This document shows, piece after piece, positions 18,831-28,623 of a stretch of DNA of 64,000 nt. The stretch covers positions 1 to 64,000 of the forward strand of contig JBGTGT010000054.1 of assembly GCA_041746575.1 (NCBI GenBank), written 5' to 3'. Every line of letters begins with the position of its first letter. Positions within the stretch are counted from its first letter, which is position 1. The notes beneath the pieces were generated by a model, which was not told the origin of the DNA, ran no database searches, and was given only the letters and a program-made list of their open reading frames with translations. Source of the stretch: Microcystaceae cyanobacterium. Lineage in GTDB: Bacteria; Cyanobacteriota; Cyanobacteriia; Cyanobacteriales; Microcystaceae. Position numbers and translations under genes: made by a program.

Positions 18831-19268
18831 TCAATTGCCTGTTAACCATTTTTGACCGTTAAGGCGTTGGAGAACGTATAACACCATTAAGTCTAGAGTC
18901 ACTCTCTTTTCATCGATCATGAAGGACTCTAAGGTACTGGGGGGTTGTCCTTTCACGGTATAGGAAAAGGCTTTTTGCCCTTTGATATCTTCATCTATGA
19001 AATAAAGATTGAATTGCCGTTGTCCATTGTTCCATTGACCAATTACTTGAGAGTAGGAAGGACTTTGACTCATTCCGGTTATTTGAAGGGGAGCTTGAGT
19101 AAAATTCAGGTCAATATCGGAGATTCCTGCTTTATTAAGGGCTGTTTTCAAAGTCGGGACAAAGTGCTGTTCGATGAATTCGGGGAAGGGTTTTTCTTCT
19201 AAAGCAGGGGGTTTTTCTTTTTTGGCTGGTTTAGCCTCAGTTTTTGGGGTTTTTGTTTCTTCAGTCAT
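18831..19268 (-). CDS. DUF2996 family protein
   Basis: KKEKPPALEEKPF.EFI, LESFMIDEKRVTLDL, QRLNGQKWL. Confidence 0.85.
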   Translation of the reverse strand: MTEETKTPKTEAKPAKKEKPPALEEKPFPEFIEQHFVPTLKTALNKAGISDIDLNFTQAPLQITGMSQSPSYSQVIGQWNNGQRQFNLYFIDEDIKGQKAFSYTVKGQPPSTLESFMIDEKRVTLDLMVLYVLQRLNGQKWLTGN

Positions 19269-19463
19269 CTCGTTTTTTAGCAAGGGTAGTCGGACGATTT
19301 TCTTCTAAAATAGCATTATATCAACCAGCGTTAGACAGAACCAATATTTCACCCTATAATAAATCCCCTCAAAAAATGAAAGGCTAATTGAGAGGAGAAG
19401 AGGCAGGCAAAAATCCTGACTCAGCCGTTTAAAAGCACAAGATCGCCTCGCAAAACTGGATTT

Positions 19464-22400
19464 TTAAGCACTAAAATACTTAGCAACGGGATGATAAGCA
19501 ATAATCGCCGTGGTGGATTGTTCAGGATACAATTGCTCACTTTCATCCATAACCATTTTAATGCGATCGCAGCCTAATAATTCTAATTGTTGATATTGGT
19601 CTTGGATATTGGGACAAGCAGGGTAGCCAAAGCTGTAACGAGAACCTTGATAGTGTTGTTGTAAGATTTCTCGAATATTATCGGGTTCTTTATCTCCAAA
19701 GCCTAATTCTCGACGAATTTTGGCGTGTGTCCATTCCGCTAAGGCTTCAGCCGTTTGGACAGCGATCCCATGATAGTAAAGATAATTCGTGTAATCGTTC
19801 GTAGAAAAGAGCTTTTGAGCGTATTCGGTTGCAATTTCTCCCACAGTTACCGCTTGCATCGGGAAAACATCTATCAATCCTGTTTCTTTCGGCGCAAAAA
19901 AGTCTGCAATACAAAGACGACGGCCAGATTTTTGACGAGGAAATTCGACTTGCCAAATCGGTTGTGCCTTGTCGAGTAATTGATGCGCTGAGGTTATATC
20001 TTTGGGATCATATACGAATAAAGTATTAGCCTCAGACTGACAAGGAAAATAACCATAAATGACGGTGGGATGTAATAGATTATTCGTGACAACTTTCGCT
20101 TTCCATTCTTCAAGAATAGGATAGACTTTGGCTTGTAAAAATTGATTGTATTCTTCTCGTGATTGTTCTTTAGGCTTACGAAATTGCCATTGTCCAGCGA
20201 TTAACGCTTGTAAATCTAAGTACCAGAAAATTTCAGTTAAGTCAAATTCCTCTGGATTTAAGATCTTTGTTCCCCAGAAAGGAGGAGTAGGAGGTTGCAA
20301 GATTTCAATGGCTTCTGAACGTTTAGTATCAATCATTTGGGGTGCCTTGGAAATTCCTTTGCCGTTACCCTTAGCTTCTGCTTTTTCGGCCGCTTTGTCT
20401 GCTCTTTCTTCTTGAAATAAGTGATTATTTTCGTTAAAGTCTCCTAAAAAGCCTTGTGAATCATCCCAACTTTGAGACGATTTCGCGGGCATTAATTTAT
20501 CCATAAAATGTAAATCAGAAAAAGCGTCCTTGCCATAAACAACTTTTCCTTTATAAGTATTTTGACAATCTTCATAAACAAATTTAGGGGTTAACGCCGC
20601 ACCGCCTAAAATAACAGGTACAGTAATGCCTCGTTGATTAAATTCCTCTAAATTATCCTTCATAAAAGCGGTTGATTTAACCAATAAACCACTCATAGCG
20701 ATACAATCTGCTTTGTGTTCTTCGTACGCTTGAATGATATTTTCTATGGGTTGTTTAATCCCTAAATTGATCACTTTATAGCCATTATTAGACAAAATAA
20801 TATCCACTAAATTTTTACCAATATCGTGGACATCTCCCTTAACCGTCGCAATAATAAACTTTCCTTTACCGCTATCATTGTCTGTATCACTTTTTTCCAT
20901 GAAAGGTTCTAAATAAGCAACGGCGGCTTTCATCGTTTGGGCAGATTGTAACACAAAAGGTAATTGCATTTGTCCTGAGCCAAATAGCTCCCCAACCACT
21001 TTCATGCCATCGAGTAGAAAAGTGTTAATAACTTCAAGGGGAGGATATTGTTTCAATGCCTCAGCTAGTGCATCTTCTAAGCCGATTCTTTCCCCATCAA
21101 TGATATGCTGTTTTAATCGTTCTTCAATCGGTAAATTAGCCGTTTGAGAAATATCTTTTTTTGTGGTTTTTCCAGCAAATAATTCGGTTAATTGAGTTAA
21201 AGGATCATAGATACAAATATCACCCTCAAACTTCCGTAAATCGTAGATTAAATCTCGACAGATTTTTTGATGTTCTTTTTCAATTTTGGCAAGGGGTAAA
21301 ATCTTACTGGCACTGACAATTGCACAATCTAAACCCCCTTGCATCGCTTCATGTAAAAAAACTGAATTTAAAACTTGCCGTGCGGCGGGATTTAAGCCAA
21401 AAGAAATATTAGAAACGCCTAATAAAATATGACAGTGAGGTAATTCTTGACGAATGCGATGAATCGCTTCAATAGTGGCTTTTCCGTTTTCTCTATCCTC
21501 TTCTATTCCGGTAGAAATGGGTAACGCTAAAGGATCAAAAAATATTTCATAAGGGGAAATACCATATTCCAATATGGCATTATAAGCCCGTTTAGCGATT
21601 TCAAATTTCTTGTCAGCAGTGCGTCCCATTCCTTCTTCGTCAATCGTCCCAACGACCACCCCTGCGCCATATTGCTTGGCAATTTCAAGGACTTTATTAA
21701 ACCGTTCTTCGCCATCTTCATAGTTAGTTGAATTGAGAATACACTTTCCCCCTGCGACTTTTAAACCAGCTTCCATTTTTTGCCATTCGGTAGAATCTAG
21801 CATCAAAGGAAGGGTAATATTATTAACCAAACGGGAGGCTAATTCGTGCATATCTCGCACCCCATCTCGCCCTACATAATCGACGTTTACATCTAAAATA
21901 TGCGCGCCTTCTTTCACTTGAGATTTGGCTAAAGAGACTAAATTATCCCAATTTTCTTCGTTTAATAATTCCCGACATTTCTTTGAACCACTGGCATTCA
22001 AACGTTCCCCTACAATGAGGAAAGAATTATCTTGGATATAGGGTTGAGTGCTATAAATTGATGCCGCAGATGGTTCATAATGATATTGTCTTTCTTTCGG
22101 CGTTAACCCTTGCGATAATTCTGCTAACGCTTTGATATGATCTGGACGAGTGCCACAACAACCGCCAATAATTTGCACCCCTAAATCTTCAATAAAGTGC
22201 ATCAAAGCCATTTTTAATTCGACAGGTGTTAAGCGATAATAAGCTTGTCCTCCCACATTTTCGGGTAATCCTGCATTGGGAATACAAGAGACAATAAACG
22301 GAGAATTTTCGGATAAATATTTAATATGATCTTTCATCAAGTCAGGACCCGTTGCACAGTTCAGTCCTAAAATATCAATATTATAGGGTTCTAAAATCGC

Positions 22401-23039
22401 TAAAGCCGCGCTCATTTCTGTTCCAACTAACATCGTTCCCATTGCCTCCATGGTGACAGAAACCATAATAGGGAGGCGATTTTCTTTCTTTTTAAAAACT
22501 TCCTCAATGCCGTTTAATGCCGCTTTAATTTGTAAGACATCTTGACAGGTTTCGACAATGAATAAGTCCACGCCTCCATCATATAATCCTTCTGCTTGTT
22601 CAATGTAGGCGTTTTTGAGGGTATCAAAATCAATATGACCTAACGTGGGCAATTTGGTACCCGGACCCATTGAACCTGCCACAAATCGGGGCTTTTCTGA
22701 GGTAGAATAGTCTTGTACGACGCTTTTCGCTAATTCTGCGGCGTTTTTATTGAGATAATAAGCTTGATCAGCAAGATCGTATTCTGCTAAAACAAGGGAA
22801 GTTCCCCCAAAGGTATCGGTTTCAATGACATCTGCTCCTGCTTTTAAAAAGGCACGATGCACCTTTTTGACGGCTTCTGGCTTGGCGTGTACCAGATATT
22901 CGTTACATCCTTCATATTCTGCCCCTCCAAAGTCTTTTGCGGTCAAATTTTGGCTTTGTAGGGAGGTTCCCATTGCACCGTCAAAAACAAGGACAGGACG
23001 TTTGGGACTGTTCAGATAGTTGAGGAAGAAACTGTTCAT
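19464..23039 (-). CDS. metH: Cobalamin-dependent methionine synthase
   Basis: [30 protein letters not shown]12 motif [18 protein letters not shown]. Confidence 0.97.
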   Translation of the reverse strand: MNSFFLNYLNSPKRPVLVFDGAMGTSLQSQNLTAKDFGGAEYEGCNEYLVHAKPEAVKKVHRAFLKAGADVIETDTFGGTSLVLAEYDLADQAYYLNKNAAELAKSVVQDYSTSEKPRFVAGSMGPGTKLPTLGHIDFDTLKNAYIEQAEGLYDGGVDLFIVETCQDVLQIKAALNGIEEVFKKKENRLPIMVSVTMEAMGTMLVGTEMSAALAILEPYNIDILGLNCATGPDLMKDHIKYLSENSPFIVSCIPNAGLPENVGGQAYYRLTPVELKMALMHFIEDLGVQIIGGCCGTRPDHIKALAELSQGLTPKERQYHYEPSAASIYSTQPYIQDNSFLIVGERLNASGSKKCRELLNEENWDNLVSLAKSQVKEGAHILDVNVDYVGRDGVRDMHELASRLVNNITLPLMLDSTEWQKMEAGLKVAGGKCILNSTNYEDGEERFNKVLEIAKQYGAGVVVGTIDEEGMGRTADKKFEIAKRAYNAILEYGISPYEIFFDPLALPISTGIEEDRENGKATIEAIHRIRQELPHCHILLGVSNISFGLNPAARQVLNSVFLHEAMQGGLDCAIVSASKILPLAKIEKEHQKICRDLIYDLRKFEGDICIYDPLTQLTELFAGKTTKKDISQTANLPIEERLKQHIIDGERIGLEDALAEALKQYPPLEVINTFLLDGMKVVGELFGSGQMQLPFVLQSAQTMKAAVAYLEPFMEKSDTDNDSGKGKFIIATVKGDVHDIGKNLVDIILSNNGYKVINLGIKQPIENIIQAYEEHKADCIAMSGLLVKSTAFMKDNLEEFNQRGITVPVILGGAALTPKFVYEDCQNTYKGKVVYGKDAFSDLHFMDKLMPAKSSQSWDDSQGFLGDFNENNHLFQEERADKAAEKAEAKGNGKGISKAPQMIDTKRSEAIEILQPPTPPFWGTKILNPEEFDLTEIFWYLDLQALIAGQWQFRKPKEQSREEYNQFLQAKVYPILEEWKAKVVTNNLLHPTVIYGYFPCQSEANTLFVYDPKDITSAHQLLDKAQPIWQVEFPRQKSGRRLCIADFFAPKETGLIDVFPMQAVTVGEIATEYAQKLFSTNDYTNYLYYHGIAVQTAEALAEWTHAKIRRELGFGDKEPDNIREILQQHYQGSRYSFGYPACPNIQDQYQQLELLGCDRIKMVMDESEQLYPEQSTTAIIAYHPVAKYFSA

Positions 23040-23273
23040 GGATAGTGCGGATTAGTCGGTGAGATTGATATTTATTATAAAGAAAATCTTGAGGTTAGCA
23101 AAGGGAAAATTGTTTGAAGTCATCTTTTTCCCTTTGAGGTTATTCTAATGCTTTTGTATACCAATTCATCATTTCAAATCTTTAATCAGGCTTATTACTC
23201 TTCATTTTAACACAGGAGTATTTAATCAGAAAGCGACTTTTTGTATTATTAATTTTTGAAATAGCGTAAGCGA

Positions 23274-23555
23274 TTAGCTCTCTTCATTAACTTGTTTAGC
23301 TATTCTTTGACATAACTGAAAAAACTCATAATCTCTGGCATACCATTCTTCAAGATTTTTGATAGCTTGATTATTTATATAGTTATCAAATTGCGCAGTA
23401 TTCTTATGAGCAGTTTTATGATCTGTCGTCACTTTAGTTTCTGCGGGCAAGATTAGCTTTTTCTTCAAAAGAGCAAAATTATTATTTAATTTTTCCTGAA
23501 AACCTATTAATAAAATAGCTGGAAATCTAACAAAAAAGCAGTTATATTTACCATT
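23274..23555 (-). pseudogene. C-terminal gene remnant, possibly sulfotransferase-like
   Basis: Frame open from 23555 with no ATG: ..ILLIGFQEKLNNNFALLKKKLILP...AHKN...AIKNLEEWYARDYEFF, resembling sulfotransferase-family C-termini (IGxxE, YxxDxxF). Confidence 0.4.
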
Positions 23556-23755
23556 TTAAAAGTCTTTTTAAGTGACAAAATAAAGATCTTTTTCTTAAAT
23601 GTAAGATTAAAGCTGGGTTAAAATAACGCTAATAAATCCTTAAAATATTCGCGTCTTAAAAAAGTATTAGATTTAAAGATAAATACTTCTAAATTATTTA
23701 TAATATCGAAGTCAATTTCTCTTCATTCAAAATCCTTATACTAAGGAAAAAATTT

Positions 23756-26296
23756 ATGCAAACATTACCCGATCCCAATGTTGCCCCTTATTGTACCCCA
23801 AATATAGAAGACGATCGCACCGGTATTGAGGTACAAACCCTACGACGGGCAATTTTAGACAATCTTTTGTATATTCAGGGAAAATATCCCGAAATTGCAA
23901 CCGAAAATGATTTTTATATGGCCTTAGCTTATACAGTACGCGATCGCTTATTGCAACGCTGGTTGAATTCGGTGCAAACCTACTATAAAGGGGAGGTAAA
24001 AAAGGTTTGTTATTTCTCAGCAGAGTTTTTAGTAGGTCCCCATTTAGGAAATAATTTGATTAATTTGGGTATTTTTGAGCAAGTTTACCAAGCGATCACT
24101 GATTCGGGCTTAAATCTTAAAACTTTGATTAATATAGAAGAAGAGCCCGGTTTAGGAAATGGTGGATTAGGAAGGTTAGCGGCGTGTTACTTAGATTCTC
24201 TATCCAGTTTAGAAATTCCTGCTATTGGTTACGGAATTCGCTATCAATTTGGTATTTTTGATCAAGAAATTAGAGACGGTTGGCAAGTCGAGATCACCGA
24301 TAAATGGTTAAAATACGGCAATCCTTGGGAAATGGCTCGGACAGAATCCACCGCTTTTGTCAATTTTGAGGGTTATACTGAGACCTACACCGATGATCAA
24401 GGGAATTATCGTGTGCGTTGGGTTCCCGGTTATGTCGTCAAAGCCACTCCTTATGATACTCCCATTTTGGGCTATAAAGTCAATACCGCCAACACATTAC
24501 GGTTATGGCATTCAGAAGCTTGTGAATCCTTCGATTTTCAACGCTTCAATGTAGGAGACTATTATGGTGCTGTTGAAAATAAAGTCCGTTCGGAAAACAT
24601 TAGTAAAGTGCTTTATCCTAATGATGAACCGATAAAAGGCAAAAAATTGCGTCTAGAACAGCAATATTTCTTTGTTTCTGCGTCTTTACAGGACATGATT
24701 TCCATTCACTTACTTGATAATCCTAATCTGGATAATTTCGCAAGAAAATGGGCAGTACAGCTCAATGATACTCATCCTTCAGTTGGCGTCGCTGAATTAA
24801 TGCGATTATTGGTAGATGTCCACCGTTATGACTGGGATCACGCGTGGGATATTACCCAAGCAACCTTTGCCTATACCAATCATACCTTATTGCCGGAAGC
24901 CCTAGAAAAATGGCCGCTCAGCATCTTTGGTGCAATATTACCTCGTTTATTAGAGATTATTTACGAAATTAATCGTCGATTTCTCAATCAAGTCCGTATG
25001 AAGTATCCGGGGGATGACAACAAACTATCCGTTCTCTCAATTATTGATGAAAGCGACAATAAATACGTTCGTATGGCAAATCTAGCGACAGTGGGAGCGC
25101 ACACCGTTAACGGTGTGGCCGAATTACACTCAGAATTGCTCAAGGAAACTATCTTACGGGATTTTTACCAAATGTTCCCTGAAAAATTTACAAATGTCAC
25201 CAATGGCGTTACCCCTCGTCGCTGGATGGTGTTGAGTAACCCCCCTTTAACCCAGTTAATCACCTCGAAAATTGGAGAAGATTGGATCAAAAACCTTGAT
25301 GAATTACGAAAAATAGAAAGTTTTGCAGAAGATGAAGGCTTTCGCTACGCATGGCGTGAAACAAAGCAGGGAATCAAGCAAGATTTAGCCGAGTATATCC
25401 AAGAAAAAGTGGGGGTTACTGTCAACCCTAGTGCCTTATTTGACATTCAAGTTAAACGCATCCATGAGTATAAGCGACAGCATCTTAACGTTTTGCACAT
25501 CATTACTTTATATAATCGCCTGAAAAATAATCCTAATCTAGATATTTCGCCCCGTGTCTGTATTTTTGGCGGAAAAGCAGCCCCCGGTTACTTTATGGCT
25601 AAGCGAATTATTAAATTCATTACGGCAGTAGGAGAAATGGTGAATAATGATCCCGACGTGGGCGATCGCTTGAAAGTGGTCTTTTTACCCGACTACAATG
25701 TTACCCTAGGGCAACGCGTGTATCCTGCCGCCGATTTATCCGAACAAATTTCCACAGCAGGCAAAGAAGCCTCTGGCACGGGTAATATGAAGTTTTCCTT
25801 AAATGGTGCCTTAACGATTGGTACACTCGATGGTGCCAATGTAGAGATTCTCGAATGTGTGGGGGATGAAAACTTCTTCCGCTTTGGGTTAACGACACCG
25901 GAGGTAATGGATTTAAAAGCATCAGGTTACAACCCTCGACATTATTATGACAGCAACCCCGAATTAAAAGCGGTTTTGGATTTAATTAGTAATGGTTTCT
26001 TTTCTCAGGGAGATACGGAATTATTTAAACCTGTTGTGGATAATTTGCTTTATGATGATCCCTATCTTCTTTTAGCTGATTACCAGTCTTATATTGACAC
26101 TCAAGATCGGGTGTCTCAAGCGTATAAAAATCAAGAACATTGGAGTCGAATGTCAATTTTAAATGTGGCACGGATGGGTAAGTTTTCAAGCGATCGCTCT
26201 ATTAGAGAATACTGCGATCGCATTTGGCAAGCAACGCCAGTTAAGGTTGAACATAAACTTTATCAGCCCGAAAATGCGCTGTTAACAGTGAAATAA
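23756..26296 (+). CDS. glgP: Glycogen/alpha-glucan phosphorylase
   Basis: GLGNGGLGRLAAC, QLNDTHP, KRIHEYKRQ, PLP-site EASGTGNMK. Confidence 0.97.
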   Translation: MQTLPDPNVAPYCTPNIEDDRTGIEVQTLRRAILDNLLYIQGKYPEIATENDFYMALAYTVRDRLLQRWLNSVQTYYKGEVKKVCYFSAEFLVGPHLGNNLINLGIFEQVYQAITDSGLNLKTLINIEEEPGLGNGGLGRLAACYLDSLSSLEIPAIGYGIRYQFGIFDQEIRDGWQVEITDKWLKYGNPWEMARTESTAFVNFEGYTETYTDDQGNYRVRWVPGYVVKATPYDTPILGYKVNTANTLRLWHSEACESFDFQRFNVGDYYGAVENKVRSENISKVLYPNDEPIKGKKLRLEQQYFFVSASLQDMISIHLLDNPNLDNFARKWAVQLNDTHPSVGVAELMRLLVDVHRYDWDHAWDITQATFAYTNHTLLPEALEKWPLSIFGAILPRLLEIIYEINRRFLNQVRMKYPGDDNKLSVLSIIDESDNKYVRMANLATVGAHTVNGVAELHSELLKETILRDFYQMFPEKFTNVTNGVTPRRWMVLSNPPLTQLITSKIGEDWIKNLDELRKIESFAEDEGFRYAWRETKQGIKQDLAEYIQEKVGVTVNPSALFDIQVKRIHEYKRQHLNVLHIITLYNRLKNNPNLDISPRVCIFGGKAAPGYFMAKRIIKFITAVGEMVNNDPDVGDRLKVVFLPDYNVTLGQRVYPAADLSEQISTAGKEASGTGNMKFSLNGALTIGTLDGANVEILECVGDENFFRFGLTTPEVMDLKASGYNPRHYYDSNPELKAVLDLISNGFFSQGDTELFKPVVDNLLYDDPYLLLADYQSYIDTQDRVSQAYKNQEHWSRMSILNVARMGKFSSDRSIREYCDRIWQATPVKVEHKLYQPENALLTVK

Positions 26297-26325
26297 CAAA
26301 AAAGCAATTTTACACCGTTAATTAA

Positions 26326-26355
26326 GGAAGGTTGTCTTGAAGATAGCCTTCTTTT
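26326..26355. terminator. Probable intrinsic terminator between convergent glgP and the PEP-CTERM gene
   Basis: GAAGGTTGTCT-TGA-AGATAGCCTTC stem with G-U pairs, followed by TTTT. Confidence 0.6.
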
Positions 26356-26367
26356 AAGATTTGGGTG

Positions 26368-27141
26368 TTAACGCTTGAGTCCAGATTGAGGAGTAGAAAT
26401 AATGATTAAAAATCCAACCAATAGTAACCCCAAAATGGAACGAGATTCAGGGACAATCGTAACATTTACGCTTAAGCTGAAAGTGTCAATTCCATGACCA
26501 AATGCGCCCAAATCATTCCCATTCGGCAACGCAATAATAAATTGCCCCAATAATTCTGTGGGGGTACTATTATTTAAAATCGTCGGTAAATAACTGGCTT
26601 GAAATACTTGAGTGCCATCATCAAACCAAGTTCCCACGGCAGAATTATAAATAACGGGTTGTCGAAAAGCAATGCCCTGATCCTTATCTGAGAAAAGATT
26701 TCCTAAATCTACTGCCCATTTATTAATCGGTTGAACCCCTAAGGTAAAGTCAGCAGGAATAAAACCTAAAGTAGAATTAGTTGTAACCTGAAGATTAAGA
26801 TTATAGTGGGAGGCATTGAGACGAGTTTGACTTGTTGTCGCCGTCAGTGAGGGTAAAAGGGGTGTTACCGGAGTAAGCGTAGCAGATGAGCCATTAAAAA
26901 TGAGAGTTGAGGGGTTGTGACTTATAGCCGCTCCTACGGGAGAAGCCACGAGAAAAACCAGTGAAAAGTCGTCCCCTGACCCTAAATCTAAGCTAGTTTG
27001 CGCTTTAACAGGAGAAAGCGTTGAGAAAAACCAGCCTAAATTGAGGGCAATAGTTGCTGAAATCAAGGACAAAGGTGTCCTATGGCGTCGTTTTAGAATT
27101 TGCATGGATTCGTTCTGTCTTTGAATGGGAAAAAGCTTCAA
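26368..27141 (-). CDS. Secreted PEP-CTERM-type (exosortase target) surface protein
   Basis: Signal peptide ending VKAQ; Ser/Thr-rich body; C-terminal VPESRSILGLLLVG + TM + KR. Confidence 0.7.
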   Translation of the reverse strand: MKLFPIQRQNESMQILKRRHRTPLSLISATIALNLGWFFSTLSPVKAQTSLDLGSGDDFSLVFLVASPVGAAISHNPSTLIFNGSSATLTPVTPLLPSLTATTSQTRLNASHYNLNLQVTTNSTLGFIPADFTLGVQPINKWAVDLGNLFSDKDQGIAFRQPVIYNSAVGTWFDDGTQVFQASYLPTILNNSTPTELLGQFIIALPNGNDLGAFGHGIDTFSLSVNVTIVPESRSILGLLLVGFLIIISTPQSGLKR

Positions 27142-27266
27142 TGTTTTAATTTTATAATTACAATCAAAATCAAAATTTCAAAAAATGTTAATTTTTTTCA
27201 ACGACTCAGAAGGTAAAATTAAAATCATACTCAATATATTAAATTGATTAGAGGAGATGTGCAACC

Positions 27267-28016
27267 TTGTACTCATCTATGGCAAATTTGCCTGCTTCAT
27301 ATAAAGGAATTGTTCTCTTTACCCCTGGTGGTGATTTGGTTTATTGTATAGATACGGATAAGAAAGCGCGATGGCATTCCCATTTATGTAATGTTTTTCA
27401 GCAAGTTTTAGGGTTACCCGAAACGCCTCATTTTTTAGTTCCGAGTTATACCGCCACGATTGATCGTTGGCTTGAGTCAACATCAGGAGAAATTAAAACC
27501 GTTGCTGAATGTTATCCTTTTGTTAAACGCTTTGAACCGCTATTAAATACTATCTTCAAAACAGAAAATTTAAGTTGGAAAACCCATCCTTGGCAAGAAG
27601 AATTTTGCAATCCGATTGTTTTGGAAACCTATCGGCCAATTTTTCCTCAATTATGGGAAAGTCATGAATTAATTATTCCTGTCGAATCTAGCCATTTTTT
27701 AACCACTTCTAGAACCAATACTTCTATGGCAGAATTGACAACTTCAAGTATCTGTCAAAGCTATATTTTACGATTATTTGTAACCGGCAAAAGTCCAGCA
27801 ACGAAGCGAATGTTAAAGCTAATTCATCAATTATTAGAAGAAGAGTTAGGTTCTCCTTATACCCTGAAAGTCATTGATATTGCTAAACATCCCGATTTAG
27901 CAGAGAGTCATCATATTTCAGCAACACCAACTTTAGTGAGGGTTTGGCCTCAACCCATGCGACGGATTGTAGGAGAACTAGAAAGTACCGATCATTTATT
28001 GTCTATTATTGTTTAA
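27267..28016 (+). CDS. Long KaiB-domain protein
   Basis: C-terminal YILRLFVTG...YTLKVIDI.KHP.LAE....ATPTLVRVWPQPMRRIVGEL; N-terminal KGIVLFTPGGDLVYCID domain. Confidence 0.88.
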   Translation: MYSSMANLPASYKGIVLFTPGGDLVYCIDTDKKARWHSHLCNVFQQVLGLPETPHFLVPSYTATIDRWLESTSGEIKTVAECYPFVKRFEPLLNTIFKTENLSWKTHPWQEEFCNPIVLETYRPIFPQLWESHELIIPVESSHFLTTSRTNTSMAELTTSSICQSYILRLFVTGKSPATKRMLKLIHQLLEEELGSPYTLKVIDIAKHPDLAESHHISATPTLVRVWPQPMRRIVGELESTDHLLSIIV

Positions 28017-28050
28017 ATTTGAAAAAAACGTATAAAACTCGAATAATTCG

Positions 28051-28596
28051 ATGGCGATCGCAAGTCTTTATTTGGCTCAGTATTGTTTTGATACACATTA
28101 TATTTTACCCAATTCACAGAAATATGTTTCTGTTTCTTATTGACAACATCTTCCCTTAGATAAACGACACACCCTTCAGCTAATTTATGCTCATAAAGTT
28201 ATCATTAATGGTGAGATCAAAAGTACAGGAACAAAGTGGAAGAGTTCGTTGACAACTAAACGGGGGCAACAATTAACAGATGCCAGTATTACTGATCCTG
28301 AATTTGTCAAAAAATTAGATAATAACTATCTTCCTAGCAATCCTTGTCTTGTTCCCGTTAGTTTTAGTATGCCCCATCGTCCCCTAAATTGGGAAGGTGA
28401 TGATCTCTATCGGAAATTGATTGCAAGCGTGATAGAGTTATCAAATACTGACTTAATTTTGGTGGCAATGAAGCGAATTAGTTGGACAATTGAGCAGGGG
28501 CAAAATTATTGACAACAAAAATATTTTAAGCAATCAGGCAAACAGTTAACTGATTATGAAATTCAAGAATTTTTATATTATTTAAAGTCTCAATAG
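28051..28596 (+). pseudogene. Interrupted gene remnant, dual-OB-fold-like C-terminal half, with two in-frame TGA codons
   Basis: One frame runs from ATG 28051 to TAG 28596, broken by TGA at 28141 and 28510; motifs SITDP, CLVPVSFSMP, KLIASVIEL, then KQLTDYEIQEFLYYL. Confidence 0.5.
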
Positions 28597-28623
28597 ATGA
28601 AGATCGCTATCTATTTTCATCTC

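Noticed and set aside
23040..23273. Cobalamin or SAM riboswitch upstream of metH
   Set aside because: AT-rich with no recognisable B12-box or SAM core by eye; an Infernal scan would be decisive.
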